Notes under the pieces: model-generated | Seen by the model: the letters and a program-made list of their open reading frames with translations, nothing else | The model's database searches: none | What the model was told of the DNA's origin: nothing | DNA from: Oculina patagonica | Lineage: Eukaryota | Direction of reading: 5' to 3' | DNA length: 64,000 nt | NCBI RefSeq assembly: GCF_052425735.1 | Contig: NC_135764.1 | Span: 31,744,001-31,808,000 of the forward strand | Shown here: positions 1 to 15,000 of the stretch, piece after piece | Layout of the letters: the number at the start of each line of letters is the position of its first letter | Position numbering within the stretch: position 1 is the first letter of the stretch | Position numbers and translations under genes: made by a program

Positions 1-1090
1 TGGTGGTATCATCATCCCCAGTTTTGTCGTCGTCAGTTCTTATATCAAGCAGGGAGAAAAGCAGTGCACCATTCTTTGTAATGAGCACCAGTCTAACGAT
101 GAATCAGAGTACACTTGTATTGTCCTCAGCGAGTTCTGCGATGTTATCATCATCCCCGCTGATGTCGACGTCCGTTGTTATATCAAGCAAAGAGATTACC
201 AGTTCACGATCCATTGTAATGAGCTCCAGCTTGACAATAGATCAAAGTACACCTGTATTGTCTTCAATGAGATCTGTGGTTTCGTCATCTGTGGTCATGT
301 CGTCATCAGTTGCTTTATCAAGCATAGAGATTAGCAGTTCACTATCTATTGTTTCTAGCTCCAGTCTTGCGGTTAATCAAAGTACACCTGTATTGTTTTC
401 AGTGAAATCTCAGGTTCAGTCATCCGCTGTGATGTTGTCGTCAGTTCGTACATCAAGCAGAGGGATTAACAATTCACCATCCAATGTAATGAGCTCCAGT
501 CTAGCAGTAAATCAAAGTACACCTGCATTGTCCTCAGGGAGATCTTTGGTTATATCTTCAGCGGCATTGATGTCATCGTCAGGTGTTATATCAAGCAGTG
601 ATATTAGCAGTTCACCATCCATGGTGATGACGTCACAGTCTGACAACATATAAAAGTACACCTGCGTTGACTTTAGTGACATCTTCGTTTTCATCATCCG
701 CAGTTCGTATATCAAAGACGGAAAGTAGCACTTCACCATCTATTGCAATAAGTTCCAGTGTAGCTGTAGTTGAAAGTACAACTTTAGCGAGGTCTCAAGT
801 GGTTTCATCAATTTTATTGATTTCGTCGTCAGTTGCTGTATCCAGTAGTGAGATACGAAGTTTGCCTTCTATGAGAATGAGCTCTAGTTTGACAGTAGAT
901 CAAAGTACGACTACAATTTCTTCGTCGTCTTCAGTCGTGGTTTCATCAGTGGGAGTGATTTCGTCTTTATCTGGTGTTTCCATTAGCGAGATAAGTAGTT
1001 CGCCATCTTTGGGGAGGAGCAGCAGTGTGAATTCTTTGGCGATTAGTCCGTCAAGTACGGTCAGCTTATCAGTCGTTTCGTCCTCTGTTG
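1..1090 (+). repeat. Ser-rich coding tandem repeat exon, module 1 (partial), unit 135 nt
   Basis: CAAAGTACACCTG recurs at 243, 378 and 513; exon ends at donor G|GTAAGT 1090/1091; one frameshift near 630-665. Confidence 0.85.
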
Positions 1091-3009
1091 GTAAGTTTGC
1101 TGTCGTTGTGTTGTTCCTATAATTTAAAAAAAAGATATTTTCTTGCACTAGTATAATTTTAAAGGGACCATGTCACGGATTTTAGCCAAACTTAGGCTTA
1201 GGAAATAACCATCAAATTCGCTTAAATATATAAAATAACCTTTTAAAACAGCGAAGGAATATTTAAATGACACACCAAATTCAAAAGAAGGCAAGGATGG
1301 CCAAAAATGTCGAATTTGATAAATTTAATTATTAGTTTTTCATCAAAGCCGATAAAAATTTTACTACTAGTGTGCCTTTTCAAAGGAAATACTAAAAAAG
1401 GAACATTGAATTTGATTGTTATGATTGAAACTTATTACAAATGACAAACTAAATTTTTCAAGATGCGCTTTCCGTTCAGGTTGATCAGTTAATAATAAAC
1501 AGTAGAATCCTTTTTAATTAAGTTTTTGCCGTCAGTGGTAATTTGTTTTGTTTCCGTCGTAGAACATAACCAGCTACTTACAAAAAGTTTTTGTTTCAGT
1601 CATCAACGAGTGTGGCTCCTCACCATGCCGACCTGATCAAGTTTGTGAAGACTTCGTGTGTCGATGTCCTCCAGGAAAGTTTGAAAAAGAAAATGGCAAC
1701 GCCTGTGAAGGTAATCTTTCAAAGCGATTATTGGAATGGGTCTTCTCTAATTTAGTACTCTGCTAAGAATGTTTAAATATTTCCTAATTGCTTTGTTAGA
1801 GGCATTTATGTTACTAGTGCTAGGGCAACAGCGCAAATTCCAACTTGTAACGCGGTAGGAGGATCCCAGGGGGGGGGGGTACTCCGGCTTGTAAATGACG
1901 GGGATGATCGAATGGAGGCAAAACTCAGGACCCAAAAAAATCCCTAAGTCTTCCGACATTACCCAAAAAAATCCCTGGACCAAAAATAACCCCCAAAAAA
2001 TCCCTTGTCAAATTACCCCTAAATTGCCAGCAGGGGCAATAATATAACACAAAGAAAATCATAAAAAAATTGAACACTCGTGTTTGTTTTATTCATCATA
2101 CTATAAATACGCCAAGACCGCGCCAAGGCACTTTAGTTCGTTTTTAATACCCAAAAAAATCCCCTATTTATATCAAGTCACCCAAAAAAATACTTGCCAG
2201 ATTTTCCAACCCAAAAAAATCCCAGAATCGAAAATTTCAAACCCCAAAAAATCCTTCGATCATCCCCGTCATTTACAAGCCGGAGTACCCCCCTGGGAGG
2301 AGGATCCTCTCTTGCTATAGGGCAATAACGATGAGAGATAACTCCTGTGACATACGTTTCACCTGTGTTGTAATATAAGTTCAGACTATTTTGGTGTGAA
2401 TAGATGTCATGCGAGAGAGGCTATGTTAACAATCAATTAATAATAATAAAAATAATTAATAACAATAATAATAATTTAATGCTTATTCGGCGCAAAATAA
2501 CATGTGGATATGATCAAATGCGCCTTACAACAAATTAATTAAAAACCTAAACCATTAATATTTGACATGTTGCTAATAACTGCAAGATATTTCGTATTTT
2601 TAATTTGTAATCTTGGGAAAATGAATTGCTGGCATGAGGTATTCGTGTGAATGGTAACCTCTAAGTGTTGCTTATTAAACATGTTTAGTTAGTGACCGGT
2701 CTGTTGCTATAACATTTAAAGTTATTTTACTCTTATATTTGCGCAGCCGTCGAAGCTTATCAAGGATCGTTCAAAATAACTGGTGGGAACTTCTCGACAT
2801 ACACTCCAAAACTGGCGGACGAGAAATCTCCTGAATATAAAGAGTTGGCTAACAAAGTCATTACAGCGGTAAGAAACTTGAGTGTGTGAAATGTTTCTTT
2901 AACAGATGAGTGACCCTACGTCTTGTTGAGAGATGATCATTATAACATTAAGTGGTAGTAATCGTCTTCACCTATTACATTAATGACAACAACAACAAAA
3001 GTAATGATT

Positions 3010-3040
<31 letters not shown>

Positions 3041-6000
3041 CAATAATAATAATTATAACAGCAGGGACAACAATAACAAGTTTTCACCATATCTTTTAAT
3101 GTAGAAACTACAAAATAAGCGAAAAGATGATAGCCTTCCAGAATATAATTTAATGCTGTAAAGAAGCAAGTAAACAAGATATGCCGCATCGAAAATAGTT
3201 AACTTCGGATAAGATGTTAATCATCTATGTCACGAGCTAGCGTGGGACAATTTGAAATAAAAGGGTTCCAACCTAGACCTATGAACTCACGCACACTGGT
3301 AGAAGGCGCTATCGCTGAGGTACAGAGAACTGGCGAACTAGGTCGTTTTTTTTAAAATTATTCATTAAGTAGCTTTCATATAAATTTTTCTTAATCTACA
3401 GGTTGACCAGGTGTACAACAAGTCAAAGCTGGCTTCAATTTACCAAGGATGCGAGATTCTGGGATTTAGGTACTGAGAAGCACACTGGAAATATTAACGA
3501 AGAAAAGCTTCACTTTCTACATGTTTTATGACAAAAGAAAATAGTGATTTAAACAAACCGTAGCGATGTCAGGTTGTGTTATTTTAGTATATTCTCCGTG
3601 TTGCACAATTTTGCGTTTCTTGTTGCACAATACATGTAATAAATACTTAGAATATGACATTTCTATCTTATGTTATTATTTTCATTTTACAAGTCCAGCC
3701 CATCAATTTATGTACACGCTTGGTATTTTTACAGACAAGGCAGTGTAGTCGCTGATTTTGTGATCAATTTTCAACCAACTGGCAATGCAACCGTATTGCC
3801 AACCGCACAGAAGGTTCTTAACGAAAGCGTGACTCAGCCCCAGAATACATCCAGCTTTGGGGATTTGCAAATTGATCCAGCATCGGTTATACTAGAAGGT
3901 GAGAAACCACTTACGTTTTTACAAGAAAAATAGCTTAATTGTTCATCTCATGAAACGTACAGTACATTGTATTGACAAATTTGTTCCGTCTGCTTTACTT
4001 ACTAAAGTATAATATCTCATGTATCCCATACATAGTTTTTCTTTTTAATTTTTCTTTTTTATTGTAGATCGTGACGAATGTCAAAATGCAAGCACCAATG
4101 ACTGTGATAAAAATGCCATCTGTTACAACACTGTTGGATCATTTGAATGCTTTTGTAAGGAAGGGTTCACTGGGAATGGAACAACATGTCAAGGTAACAA
4201 CCAAAACTTAACTTTTGATTTATCGTGGAAGGAATTCAAAACAGGCCTTAATGTGCTTGATAAATCCATTTCTTGTCTTCGTGCAATGCCAGCCACCCTG
4301 GTATAAGGAGAGTTTTCGCATGAGTTGATTTTAACCACACCATCCTTTGACCTGGATGAGATTTGAGACACATTCTTCTGTGCTATACTGTTTGAGTTTC
4401 GATTGCAAAAGAGGTACAAGCATAATAATAGACACAGACATACCAAACGACAGAGAGAGAGACACACACATGCACAGCCGTGCGTTATCACAGACAAAGG
4501 ACTGACCAATTAAGAGACTGACAAACAGAAAGACCGACAGAGATAAACATACAGAATCGAAGGCGGAAAGACTGACGAACAAAGATATGGACAGGCAGAC
4601 ATAAGTGAGGTAGATATAGATTGATATATTATTAACATAATTTAGACAAAGTATTTCCACTCTGGATACAAATATTTTCCATCTATCATCTGCAGTGATT
4701 TTGTCGTCGGTTGCTGCATCAAGTAGGGAGATTATCAGTTCGACAACCATTGTAATGCGCTCCAGTGTGGCGGTAGAACAAAGTATACACAAATTACCTT
4801 CAGTGAGGTCTGTAGTGGTTTCATCATCCGTAGTGCTATTGTCGTCTGTCCCCGTTTCAAGCAGTGAGATTAGCAGATTACCATCCATCGTAGTGAGCTC
4901 CAGTCTGGCAGTAGAGTAAAAGTACACCTGTTTTGCCTTCAGCTAGGTCTGTGGGGATTTCATCATCCGCAATGATTTCTTCATCCGTTGCGAGCAGGGA
5001 TTTTAGCAGTTTCCATTCCATTGTAATAAGTTCACCTGGCTCGTCTTCAGCGACGTCTCCGCTGGTTATATCATCTGCGGTAATTTCGTCGTCAGTCGCT
5101 GTTTCAAGCAGTTTAGAGATAACCAGTTCTCCTTCCATTGCAATGAGCCCCAGTCTAGCAGTAGATGAAAGTACACTTGCATTATCTTCAGTGACGTCTC
5201 TCCTGGTTTCATCGTCAGTCGCTGTTTCAAGCAGAGGGATTAGCAGTTCACCATCCATTGCAGTAAGCACCAGTCTGGTAGTCGATCATGGTACACATAC
5301 ATTATTTTCAGCGAGGTCTGTGACGGTTTCGTCATCCGCAACAACTTTGTCGCAAGTTGCCACATCAAGCAAGAAGATAAGCAGTACTCCCAGATTGTCC
5401 TCCTCAACTACTTTGTTGGTTTCATCATTGTCGGTAATTGCGTCGTCAGTCCCTGTTAAAAGCGGGGAGATTAGCAGTTCACCAACCATTGCAGTGAGCT
5501 CCAGTCTGGCAGTCGATCATAGTACACATACATTGTCTTCAGCGAGTTCTACGGTGGCCATCATCCGTATTGATTTTGTCTCAGTGCTGTTCAAGCAGGA
5601 GGACAGCAGTCACCATCATATATGAGCTCCCTGGCAGTGATCATAGTTCACTAACACGCGCAGCAAGGTCTGTGGTGTTCTCATCCGCAAGATTCGTCGC
5701 TAGTTACCATAGCAAGCAGGAGGATAGCAGTGCACCATCAATTGTAATAAGCTCCAGTCTGGCAATTGTCAAAGTACGCTCCATTGTCTCAACGAGGTCC
5801 ATTGGTTATCATCCTCAGTAGTTTGCCATTGGCTGTTGTATCAAGCAGTTCGATAAGCAGGTGCCCTCCAGTCTGTTGGTAGATAAGTACACCTGTTCTG
5901 TCTTCATCGACTACGACTCTGCTGGTTTCTTCATCTGCGGTTATTTCGTCGTCAGTCTCTGTTGGAAGCAGCGAGATTAGCAGCTCACCATCCATTGCAG

Positions 6001-9000
6001 TAAGCTCCAGTCTGGCAGTTGATCATAGTACAGGAGCATTGTCTTCAGCGAGGTCTGTGGTGGCTTCGTCACCCGTAGTACTGTCGTCGTCAGTTGCTGT
6101 TTCAACATCGATTGTAATGAACTCCAGTCTGGCTGAAGATCAAGGTACACGCACATTACCTTCATCGAGGTCTTTTGTGGTTTCCTCATCCATAATGCTT
6201 TCGTCGCCAGTCTCAAGCAGCGTGTTTAGCAGCTCACCATCCATTGCAAGGAGCTCGAGTGTGGTAATAGATCAAAGCACATCTGCGTTGTCTTCCGTTA
6301 GTTCTTTTGCGGCTTCATCATCAGGAGTGATTTCGTCGTCAGTTGCTGTTTCAAGCAAGCAGATTATCAGTTTACCATCCATTGCAGTGAGCCCCAGTCT
6401 AACAGTCGATAAAAGTACACAAGCATTGTCTTCAGCAACGTCTCTCCTGGTTTTATCATCTGCGGTGGTTTCGTCGTCAGTAGCTGGTTCAAGCAGCGAG
6501 ATAAGCAGTTCGTCATCCATAGGAGTAAGCTCCAGTCTGGTAGTTGAACATAGTACACCAGCATTGTCTTCAGCGAGATCTGTGGTGGCTTCGTCACCCG
6601 TAATGTTGTTGTCGCCAGTTGCTGTTTCAAGTCCGGAGATTAGCAGCTCACCATCTATTGTTATAAACTCCAGTCTGGCGGTAGATCAAAGTACACGTAC
6701 ATTACCTCCATCGAGGTCTGTAGTGGTTATATCATCCATAGTGCTATCGTCGCAAGTCTCAAGCAGCGAGATTAGCAGGTCATCATCCATTGCAAGGAGG
6801 TCGAGTGTGGTAATAGATCAAAGCACACCTGTGTTGTCTTCTTTGAGGTCTTTTGCGGCTTTATCATCAGGAGAGATTTCGTCGTCAGTCGCTGTTTCAA
6901 GCAAGCAGATTATCAGTTCTCCATCCATTGCAATGAGCCCCAGTCTAACAGTAGATCAAAGTACACATGCATTGTCTTCAACAACGTCTCAACTGGTTTC
7001 ATCATTTGCGGTGATTTCGTCTTCGGTAGCTGTTTCAAGCAGCGAGATTAGCAGTTCAACACCCATAGCAGTAAGCTCCAGTCTGGAAGTTGAACATAGT
7101 ACGCAAGCATTGTCCTCAGCGAGGTCTGTGGTGGCTTCATCATTCGCGATGATGTCGTCGTATGTTGCCATATCAAGCAGGAGAAATGAGCAGTTCACCA
7201 TCCATTGTAACGAGCTTTAGTCTGGCAATAGATCAAAGTAGAGCTCCTTTGTCTTCAGCGAGGTCTTTGTTGTTTTTGTCATCCTCAGTAGTTTTGTCAC
7301 CTGTTGATGTATCAAGTACTTCGATAAGCACTTCACCATCGAAGACAATGAGCTCCAGTCTGGAAATAGATCAAAGCACACGTACACTGTATTTGTCGAC
7401 TTCTCTGCTGGTTTTATCATCTGCAGTGATTTCGTCGATCATTCGTTGTTTCAAGAAGCGAGATTAGCAGTTTACCATCCCTTACAAAAAGGTCCAGTCT
7501 GACAGTTGGGCAAAGTACACCAGCATTGCCTTCAGCTAGTTCTGTAGTGGGTTCATCATCCGAAGTGCTGTCGTCGTCAGTTTTTGTTTCAAGTCGGAAG
7601 ATTGGCAGTTCACCAACCATTGCAATGAGCTCCAGTGTGGCGTTAGATCAAAGTATGCCCACGTTATCTTCAGTGAGGACTGTAGTGGTTTCATCATATT
7701 CAAGTGTCTATCGTCGTCGGTTGCTGTTTCAAGCCTGCAGATTAGCGGTACACCCTCCACTGAATTGCGCTCCAGTCTGGCAGTAGATCAAAGTGCTACC
7801 TGTATTGTCGTCAGACAGGACTGTGGTGGTTTCATCATCTGCAATGATTTCTTCGTCAGTTGGTATATCAAGCAGCGGGATTAGCAGTTCACCATCAATA
7901 GTAATTAGCTCGAATCTGGTAGTAAAGGAAAGTACACCTGCATTGTCTTCATCGACGTCTCTACTGTTGTCATCATCGGCGGGGATTTCTTCATCAGTCG
8001 CAGTTCCAAGTAGGGAGATTAGCCGTTTAGCCTCCATTGCAGTGAGCTCCAGTCTGGGAGTTTATAGAACACCTGCATTGTCTTCTGTTAGGTCTATGGT
8101 GCCTTCATCATCTGGAGTGATTTTGTCGTCAGTTGCAGTTTCAAGCAGGGGGATTAGCAGCTCAACCTTTTTAGTGAGCTCCAGTCTTGGAGGTAGATCA
8201 AAGTACGTCTGCATTGTTTTCAACGAGGTCTGTTGTGCTTTCATCATATCGAGTGTTTACATCGTCAATTGCTGTTTTAAGTAGGGAAATACAAAGTGCA
8301 CCGTCCACTGTAGTGACCTCAAGCCTTGCAACAGATGAAAGTACACCTGCCTTGTCCTCAGCGAGATCTCTGGTGGTTTTATCATCTTCAGTGATGTTGT
8401 CGTCAGTTTCTTTTTCAAGCGGGGAGATAAGCAGTTCATCAACTATTGTAATGAGTTCCAGTCTGACGGCAAATCAAAGTATATCTGCGCTGTCCTCATC
8501 GAGGTCTGTGGTGGTTCCATCATCCGTGGTGATTTCGTCGCCAGTTGGTTTATCAAGCTTTAAGATTAGCCATTCACCATCCGTTTTAACGAACTCTAGT
8601 CTAAGCATAGATCAGAGTAGACCATCATCGTTTTCAGCAAGGTCTACTGTGGTTTCATCATCCGCAGTGCCTTCGTTGTCAGTTGGTATATCTAGCAGGG
8701 GGATAAGCAGTTCGCGATCTATCAGAATGAGGTCTAGTCTGGCAGCAATATCCTCAGCGAGTTCTGTACTTGTTTCATCATCTTCAGTGATTTCCTTGTC
8801 AGTCGCCTTATCAAGCAGTGCGATTAGCAGCTCACCATCCATTTTCATCGGTTCTAGCCTCGTGTTAGATCAAAGTACACCTGTATTGTCTTCAGCGAGG
8901 TCTGCGGTGGTTACATCATCCGTAGTAGTTTCGTTGTCAGTTGCTGTTTCAAGTAGAGATATGAGCAGTTCACCATCCATCGTACCGAGCTCCAGTCTAG

Positions 9001-12000
9001 CAGTAGATCAAAGTACACCTAAATCATCTTTAGTCAGGTCTGTGGCGATTTCATCATCCGCAGTGATTTTGTCATCTGTTGGAGTAGCAAGTAGTGGGAT
9101 TAGCAGTTCATCATACGTTGTAATGAGTTCCAGTCCGGCAATAGATCAAAGTACAGCTATATTGTCTTTAGCGAGGTCTGAGTTCGTATCGTCATCCAAG
9201 GTGATCTCGTCGTCAGCTGCTATATCAAACAGGGAGATGAGCAGTTCAGCATTCCATTGCAATAAGCTCCAGTCTGGTAGTTGAACAAAGTACACCTGTA
9301 CTGTCTTTAGCAAGTTCTGTTGTGGTGATTATCGTCCACCGTGATTTCGTCATCCGTTAATGTATCAAGAAGTGAGCTGAGCAGTTCACATTCCATTGTA
9401 ATGAGCTCCAGTCTGGTAGTTGATCAAACTTTACCGTTATTGTCGTCAAAGAAATCTCTGCTTGTTTCATCATCCGCAGTGATTTTGTCGTCAGTTCCTG
9501 ATTCAAGCAGAGACCTTAGCCTGTCACCTTCCACTGTTATCAACTTCTAGTCTAACAGTAGATCAAAGTACACCTGTATTGTATTCAGCGACGTCTGTTG
9601 CAGTTTCATCCTCAGCAGTGATTTCATCATTCTTTGCTGTATCAAGCAGTGGGAAACACAGTTCACCAGTCACCGTAACGAGTTCCAGTCTAGTGGTAGA
9701 TCAAAGTACAGATGTATTGTCTTCAGCGAGATCTGTGCTTGTTCCATCATTCGCTGTGATTTCGTCGCCAGTTGGTGATTCAAGCAGAGAGCTTAGTCTT
9801 TCACCATCCACTGTTATGACTTCTATTCTGGCAGTAGATCAAAGTACCACCTGTATTGTCTTCAGCGAGCTCTGTGGCTGTTTCATCATCCGTTGTGATT
9901 TCGTCATTCGTTGCTGTATCAAGCAGTGGGATACGCAGTTCACCAGTCATTGAAACTAGTTCCAGTCTGGTAGTAGATCAAAGTACCCCTGTATTGTCTT
10001 CAGCGAGCACTTTGGCTGTTTCATCATCCGTAGTGATCTCGTCATCAGTTGCTGTATCAAGCAGCGCGATAAGCAGCTCACCATCTGTTGTAGTTAGTTC
10101 CAGTCTTTCGGCAGATCAAAATAAAACTGCATCTTCTTCAGCGGGATCGGTGCTTGTTTCTTCATCTACAGTGTTTTCATTGTCATGGTGATGTTTCAAA
10201 CACGGAGATAAGCAGTTCATCGTTCACTCTAATAAGGTCTAGTCTGGCAATGAATCAAAGTACACCTGTTTTGTCTTTAGCGAAGTCTGTTCCGGTTCCA
10301 TCGTCCGCAGTGGTTTTGTCGCCAGTTGCTGTTTCAAGCGGTTCAGAAATAACCCGTTCACCGTCTGTTGTAATGAGATCTAGTCTCGCAATAGATCAAA
10401 CTACACTTGTTTTTTCTTCAGAGAGATCTGTGCTTGTTTCATCACCTGCAGTGATTTCGTCGTCAGTTGCTATATCCACCAGTGAGATTAGCAGTTCACC
10501 ATCCATTGTAATGAGCTCCAGTCTGGCAGTAGAAAAGTACTGCTGTATTATCTTCAGCCAAGTCTTCGGTGGTTTCATTATCGTGGCTGTGAAACTATCG
10601 TCAGCTGTTATATCAAGCCGCAAGATAAGTAGTTTGCCATCTATGAGAATGAGTTCCAGTCTGACAATAGTTCGAAGTACACCAGCATTTTCGTCAGTGA
10701 GATCTGTCACAGTTTCTTCATTGGGAGTAATTTCGTCTTCAGTTGCTGTTTCAAGCAGGGAGATAAGTAGTTTGACTTCTATGGGATTGAGCTCCAGTCT
10801 GGATCCTTCGGCGATTAATCCTTCGAGTACGGTCAGCGTATCAGTCATTGAGTCCTCTATCGGTAAGTTCGCTACAGTATTTTCAGGTTTTTTTTTCCAA
10901 TTTATGTTAAGATTTGCTAGGGGAACTATATTTTTGAGGAAGATCTCTACTTTAACAAATTGCATTACCATGTCGTATCCGGATTTTACTGGTTCGGTAA
11001 GGTAATTTTGTGGAACAGTGGGTCCTACTGGCCGAACCTCGGAGAAATGTTTGATAAACTCAAAGAACTGAACTTACATTGGATTACTCCAAATTTGATT
11101 AATTCAAGAAATTAGTGTTTTTATCGAAGCCTTCAAACGTTTTACTGCTAGTGTGCTTTGTCAAAGAATACAAGATGCAGTAAAACATTAAATCCGTTGT
11201 GTTATGAATAAAGCGATTAAAGTAATCTCTTTTTAACGCGGGCATCTAGTGCTGGTACTACAATCGAAGCTCTCGTAAGCGGACACCCTCGGGACGCGAA
11301 AAAAGTGTCCGCAACTGGAGCTGGCCGCTTACGAGAATGGTTCTCGTAAGCGGCCACTAGAGATGTAAGGGATAGATGGCCGCTTACTGGAGCTTGCCCA
11401 GCTAAAAATAACCGGACGGACGTGGATGACGACAAAACAAACACTGAAATATGGTACTGTAATCGGTACTGTAAAATCATTGTGACGATTGGCGATGTGA
11501 AGTTGATTGATAAAAACAAACAGCGCGGTTGTAAAATAGGATTTTCTTTGGAGTGTCCGCTTACGGGAGCTTAAAAACAAAGAAAAAGTCTAAGTCGTAA
11601 TCTCTGAAGGTGTCCGCGGCCGCTTACGGGAATGTCCGCTTACGAGAATGTAAAGATACAGAGTTTGTATGGGAGTTAAAATGGGGTTTCAAACAAGGCG
11701 GCCGTAAGTAGAGCTGTCCGCTTACGAGAGTGTCCGTTAAGAGAGCTTCGACTGTATTTTCTTAACTATTAAAAAAGTTAAACTTCTTTCTCGGACTTTT
11801 GCTTATCAAAAATTAATATACAGTTTTTATTTTCTATTTTTTTTGATCCTTTGAAAGTTAGTTACTGCCATCAGTTGTAATTTGTTTTGCTCCTTCCATT
11901 TGTCAAATTTGTTCTTAGGTCGGTCTCGAGCATAGGTTTCTTTCTGTTTGTGCATTTAAATAAATTCATTTGAAATTCTTGTAACGTGGCATATATTATA

Positions 12001-15000
12001 AGTATTTGTGAAAACGCTTTTATAGCGTAATGAACATCTTTGTCCTTGGAGCGCTTCCGTAACATTTTTTATAGCTCTGTTGATGATGACCTCCAAGAGA
12101 GTCCAAAGGTCTGTATTAATATACACAATCAATTATTAACAATATTTTGTTTCAGTCATCAACGAGTGTGCCTCCTCACCATGCCGACCTGATCATGTTT
12201 GTCAAGATCACGTGTGTCGATGTCCTCCGGGAAAGTTTGAAAATGAAAATAGCAAAACCTGTGAAGGTAAGTGTTCAAATCGATTATTATAATGACTCTT
12301 CGATTATTCACTACTCTGCTTAAATATTTCCTGATTGCTTTCAAAGAGGATTTTGAATAAATGTTGCTAGCGCTATAGCTATAGCGCGTTAACTTCTTAT
12401 CCCGGGGGAGTGAGACTTTCTATATGGCAATGGCGATAAAAATAAGAATTAAAAGGATGCTGTGACGTACATGTTACGTGTGCTGAAATAAACGTTCAGA
12501 CTCTTTTGGCGTGAATAGATGTTCTGTGAGAAGCTATGTTGACGATTATTATTCTGAAGGTTGGCGATAACTGGGAGCTATTTTCTATTTGGGTTTTCTT
12601 GGCAAATGAGTTGCTGAAACGAGTTTTGCGCGTAAATGGTAACGTTTGTCTCAGTATTGCCTGTTGGTTGGTGTACATGCATAGGGAATGACCAGCCTGT
12701 AACTAATAAAGTGTTTTTACCCTTAAATTTTTGCAGCCGTGGAAGCTTATGAAGGATCATTCAAAATAACTGGTGGGAACTTCTCAACATACACTCCAGC
12801 ACTGGCGGACGAGAAATCTCCAGAATATAAAGAATTGGCTTACAAAGTTATTACTACGGTGAGCAACTCGCGTGTGTAATATTCTTCTTACAGAATAAGG
12901 AAGAAGATTAAACTCTTCCAGAATGTACGTCTAATGCTTTAAAGAAATGAATAAACAACACAAAAACAACAGCAACAGCCGCATCTTATAGTAAAGTAAC
13001 AATTAACAAAAAAAGCTATGTGTATGTTTCGAACATAGCCTTGTTGCTAAAACGAAAAGGGTTAAAGGGACTATGTCGCGGATTTTATCAGATTTTTGAA
13101 TAGCTAAAATTTATATTAGTGTCGCAGGAAACCTAAAATTAATGGTCCATTTTTATTGAAAATTGCTATATTGGACCACTGAAACTGTTGACGGGCATCT
13201 TAGCTGTGGATGGATCGGATTAAAACGGATTGCAACTAAGCTAACGTTTTCAAGTTGTTGCTGCGCGTCATCAAAAAATCGATATTTATAGCCGAAGGTT
13301 GATTTCTATCCGCAAATTAAGGTTATAATTATCTTCCTTTAGATGTTCAAAGATAATGTTTTATGGGTTAAGTTGCCCACCACTTATTTCAAAAGAGTTT
13401 AGATCAAAAGTCTATGAAATGCCCGTGACATAGCTCCTTTAAGAGTTAATCCTCTATGACAAAAGCGTGGGATAGTTTGAAAACAAAGGATTTAAATCTA
13501 TCACCTATGGACGCCCACACACCGATCGGACGCGTGAACCTCTGAGCAACGGAGAAACGCTTGGTAAACTCGGTCATTTTCTTAAAATTGCTAATTAAAT
13601 AGCTTTCATGAGTTAATCTTTTTACTCTGTAGATGGACGAGGTTTACAACAAATCAGAACTGGCTTCAATTTACCAAGGATGTGAGATTCGTAGATTCAG
13701 GTACTGAAGAAAGTTAATGTCTTTATTTTATTTGCCTACCACCAATTTTAGAACAGTTTAAAGGAAATCCGCGAAATCCGCGTGACTTAGCTCCTTCAAG
13801 TACTTAGAATCAGTCCAATTTACCCAGCATGTAATTAAAATAAGTAACCAAAAGACGTGAAAGAAAGCTCGTTTGACGAGTCATAATTTCATTGTTTCTT
13901 GTGTCTGTGTGCCTGTCTTCTTTCAAACTCTCGAAGAATTTTACATGAAGTCAGGAAGAAAATTCATTGTATCCATATATCAAGTGGTTGAAACTGTACT
14001 GTTATCCAAGACTTAAAAGATGTGACGTTTCTATCTTATGTAATTATTTTCATTTCACAAAGTCTATCCGTCAATTAATGTACACGTTTTATATCTTTAC
14101 AGACCAGGCAGTGTAGTTGCTGATTTTGTGGTCAATTTTCAACAAACTGGCAATGCAACCGTACTACCAACAGCCCAGAAGGTTCTTACCGAAAGCGTAA
14201 CTCAGTCCAAAAATACGTCGAGCATTGGAGATTTGCAAATTGAATCAGCATCTGTTAAACTAGAAGGTACGAAACTCCCAATTCTCTTTTCATGAAGAAT
14301 AGGTAAATAGTTCATATATAAATGCTTTTCATGCCATTAACTTTTAAAAAGCTTCCTTGTGATACTTTTTTGCTTTGCTGCAGAATACTTTGTCGATAAT
14401 ATTACAAATTTGTGTCATATGTCTTCAATTATGACCTCACTCAAGGTCAATTATATTTACGAAACACACAGCAAGACCGTACATAATCATTGTAGGCTTT
14501 TTAATTTTACCTTTTTTCTTTTGAAGATCGTGACGAATGTCAAAATGCCAGCACCAATGACTGTGATAAAAATGCCATCTGCAACAACACTGTTGGATCA
14601 TTTGAATGCTTTTGTAAGGAAGGGTTCACTGGAAATGGAAAAACATGTCAAGGTAACGATCACAACAAGTTACAACTTTTGATTTACTTTGTGAGCAATT
14701 CCAAACAGTCTTAATGTGCTTGATGAGGTCATTCCTTCTCTTTATGTAACACCAGCCACGCTGGTATAATTGAACATACTGTACATTACACCATACATGT
14801 GCTATACTGTTTGATCTTTGATTCAAAAGGGGTGCAATCATAGTAATAGACACAGACACACTAAACGACAGAAACATATGCACAGACAGACGGAAACACA
14901 GACACATAGACCATTTAAGACACAAACAGCTAGACTGGCAGACATACATACAGAGAGACAGACAGAGGACAGACAGACAGTCAGACAGACAAAGAGATAG

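Noticed and set aside
2980-3189. Poly-His ORF (and the poly-Tyr ORF at 19610-19837)
   Set aside because: Translations of (TGA)n and (TAA)n microsatellites.
4260-4620. Conserved intronic block and (GACA)n tract, repeated near 14720-15060 and 21270-21620, as a hidden exon
   Set aside because: No consistent frame or splice sites across the three copies; explained by module duplication.
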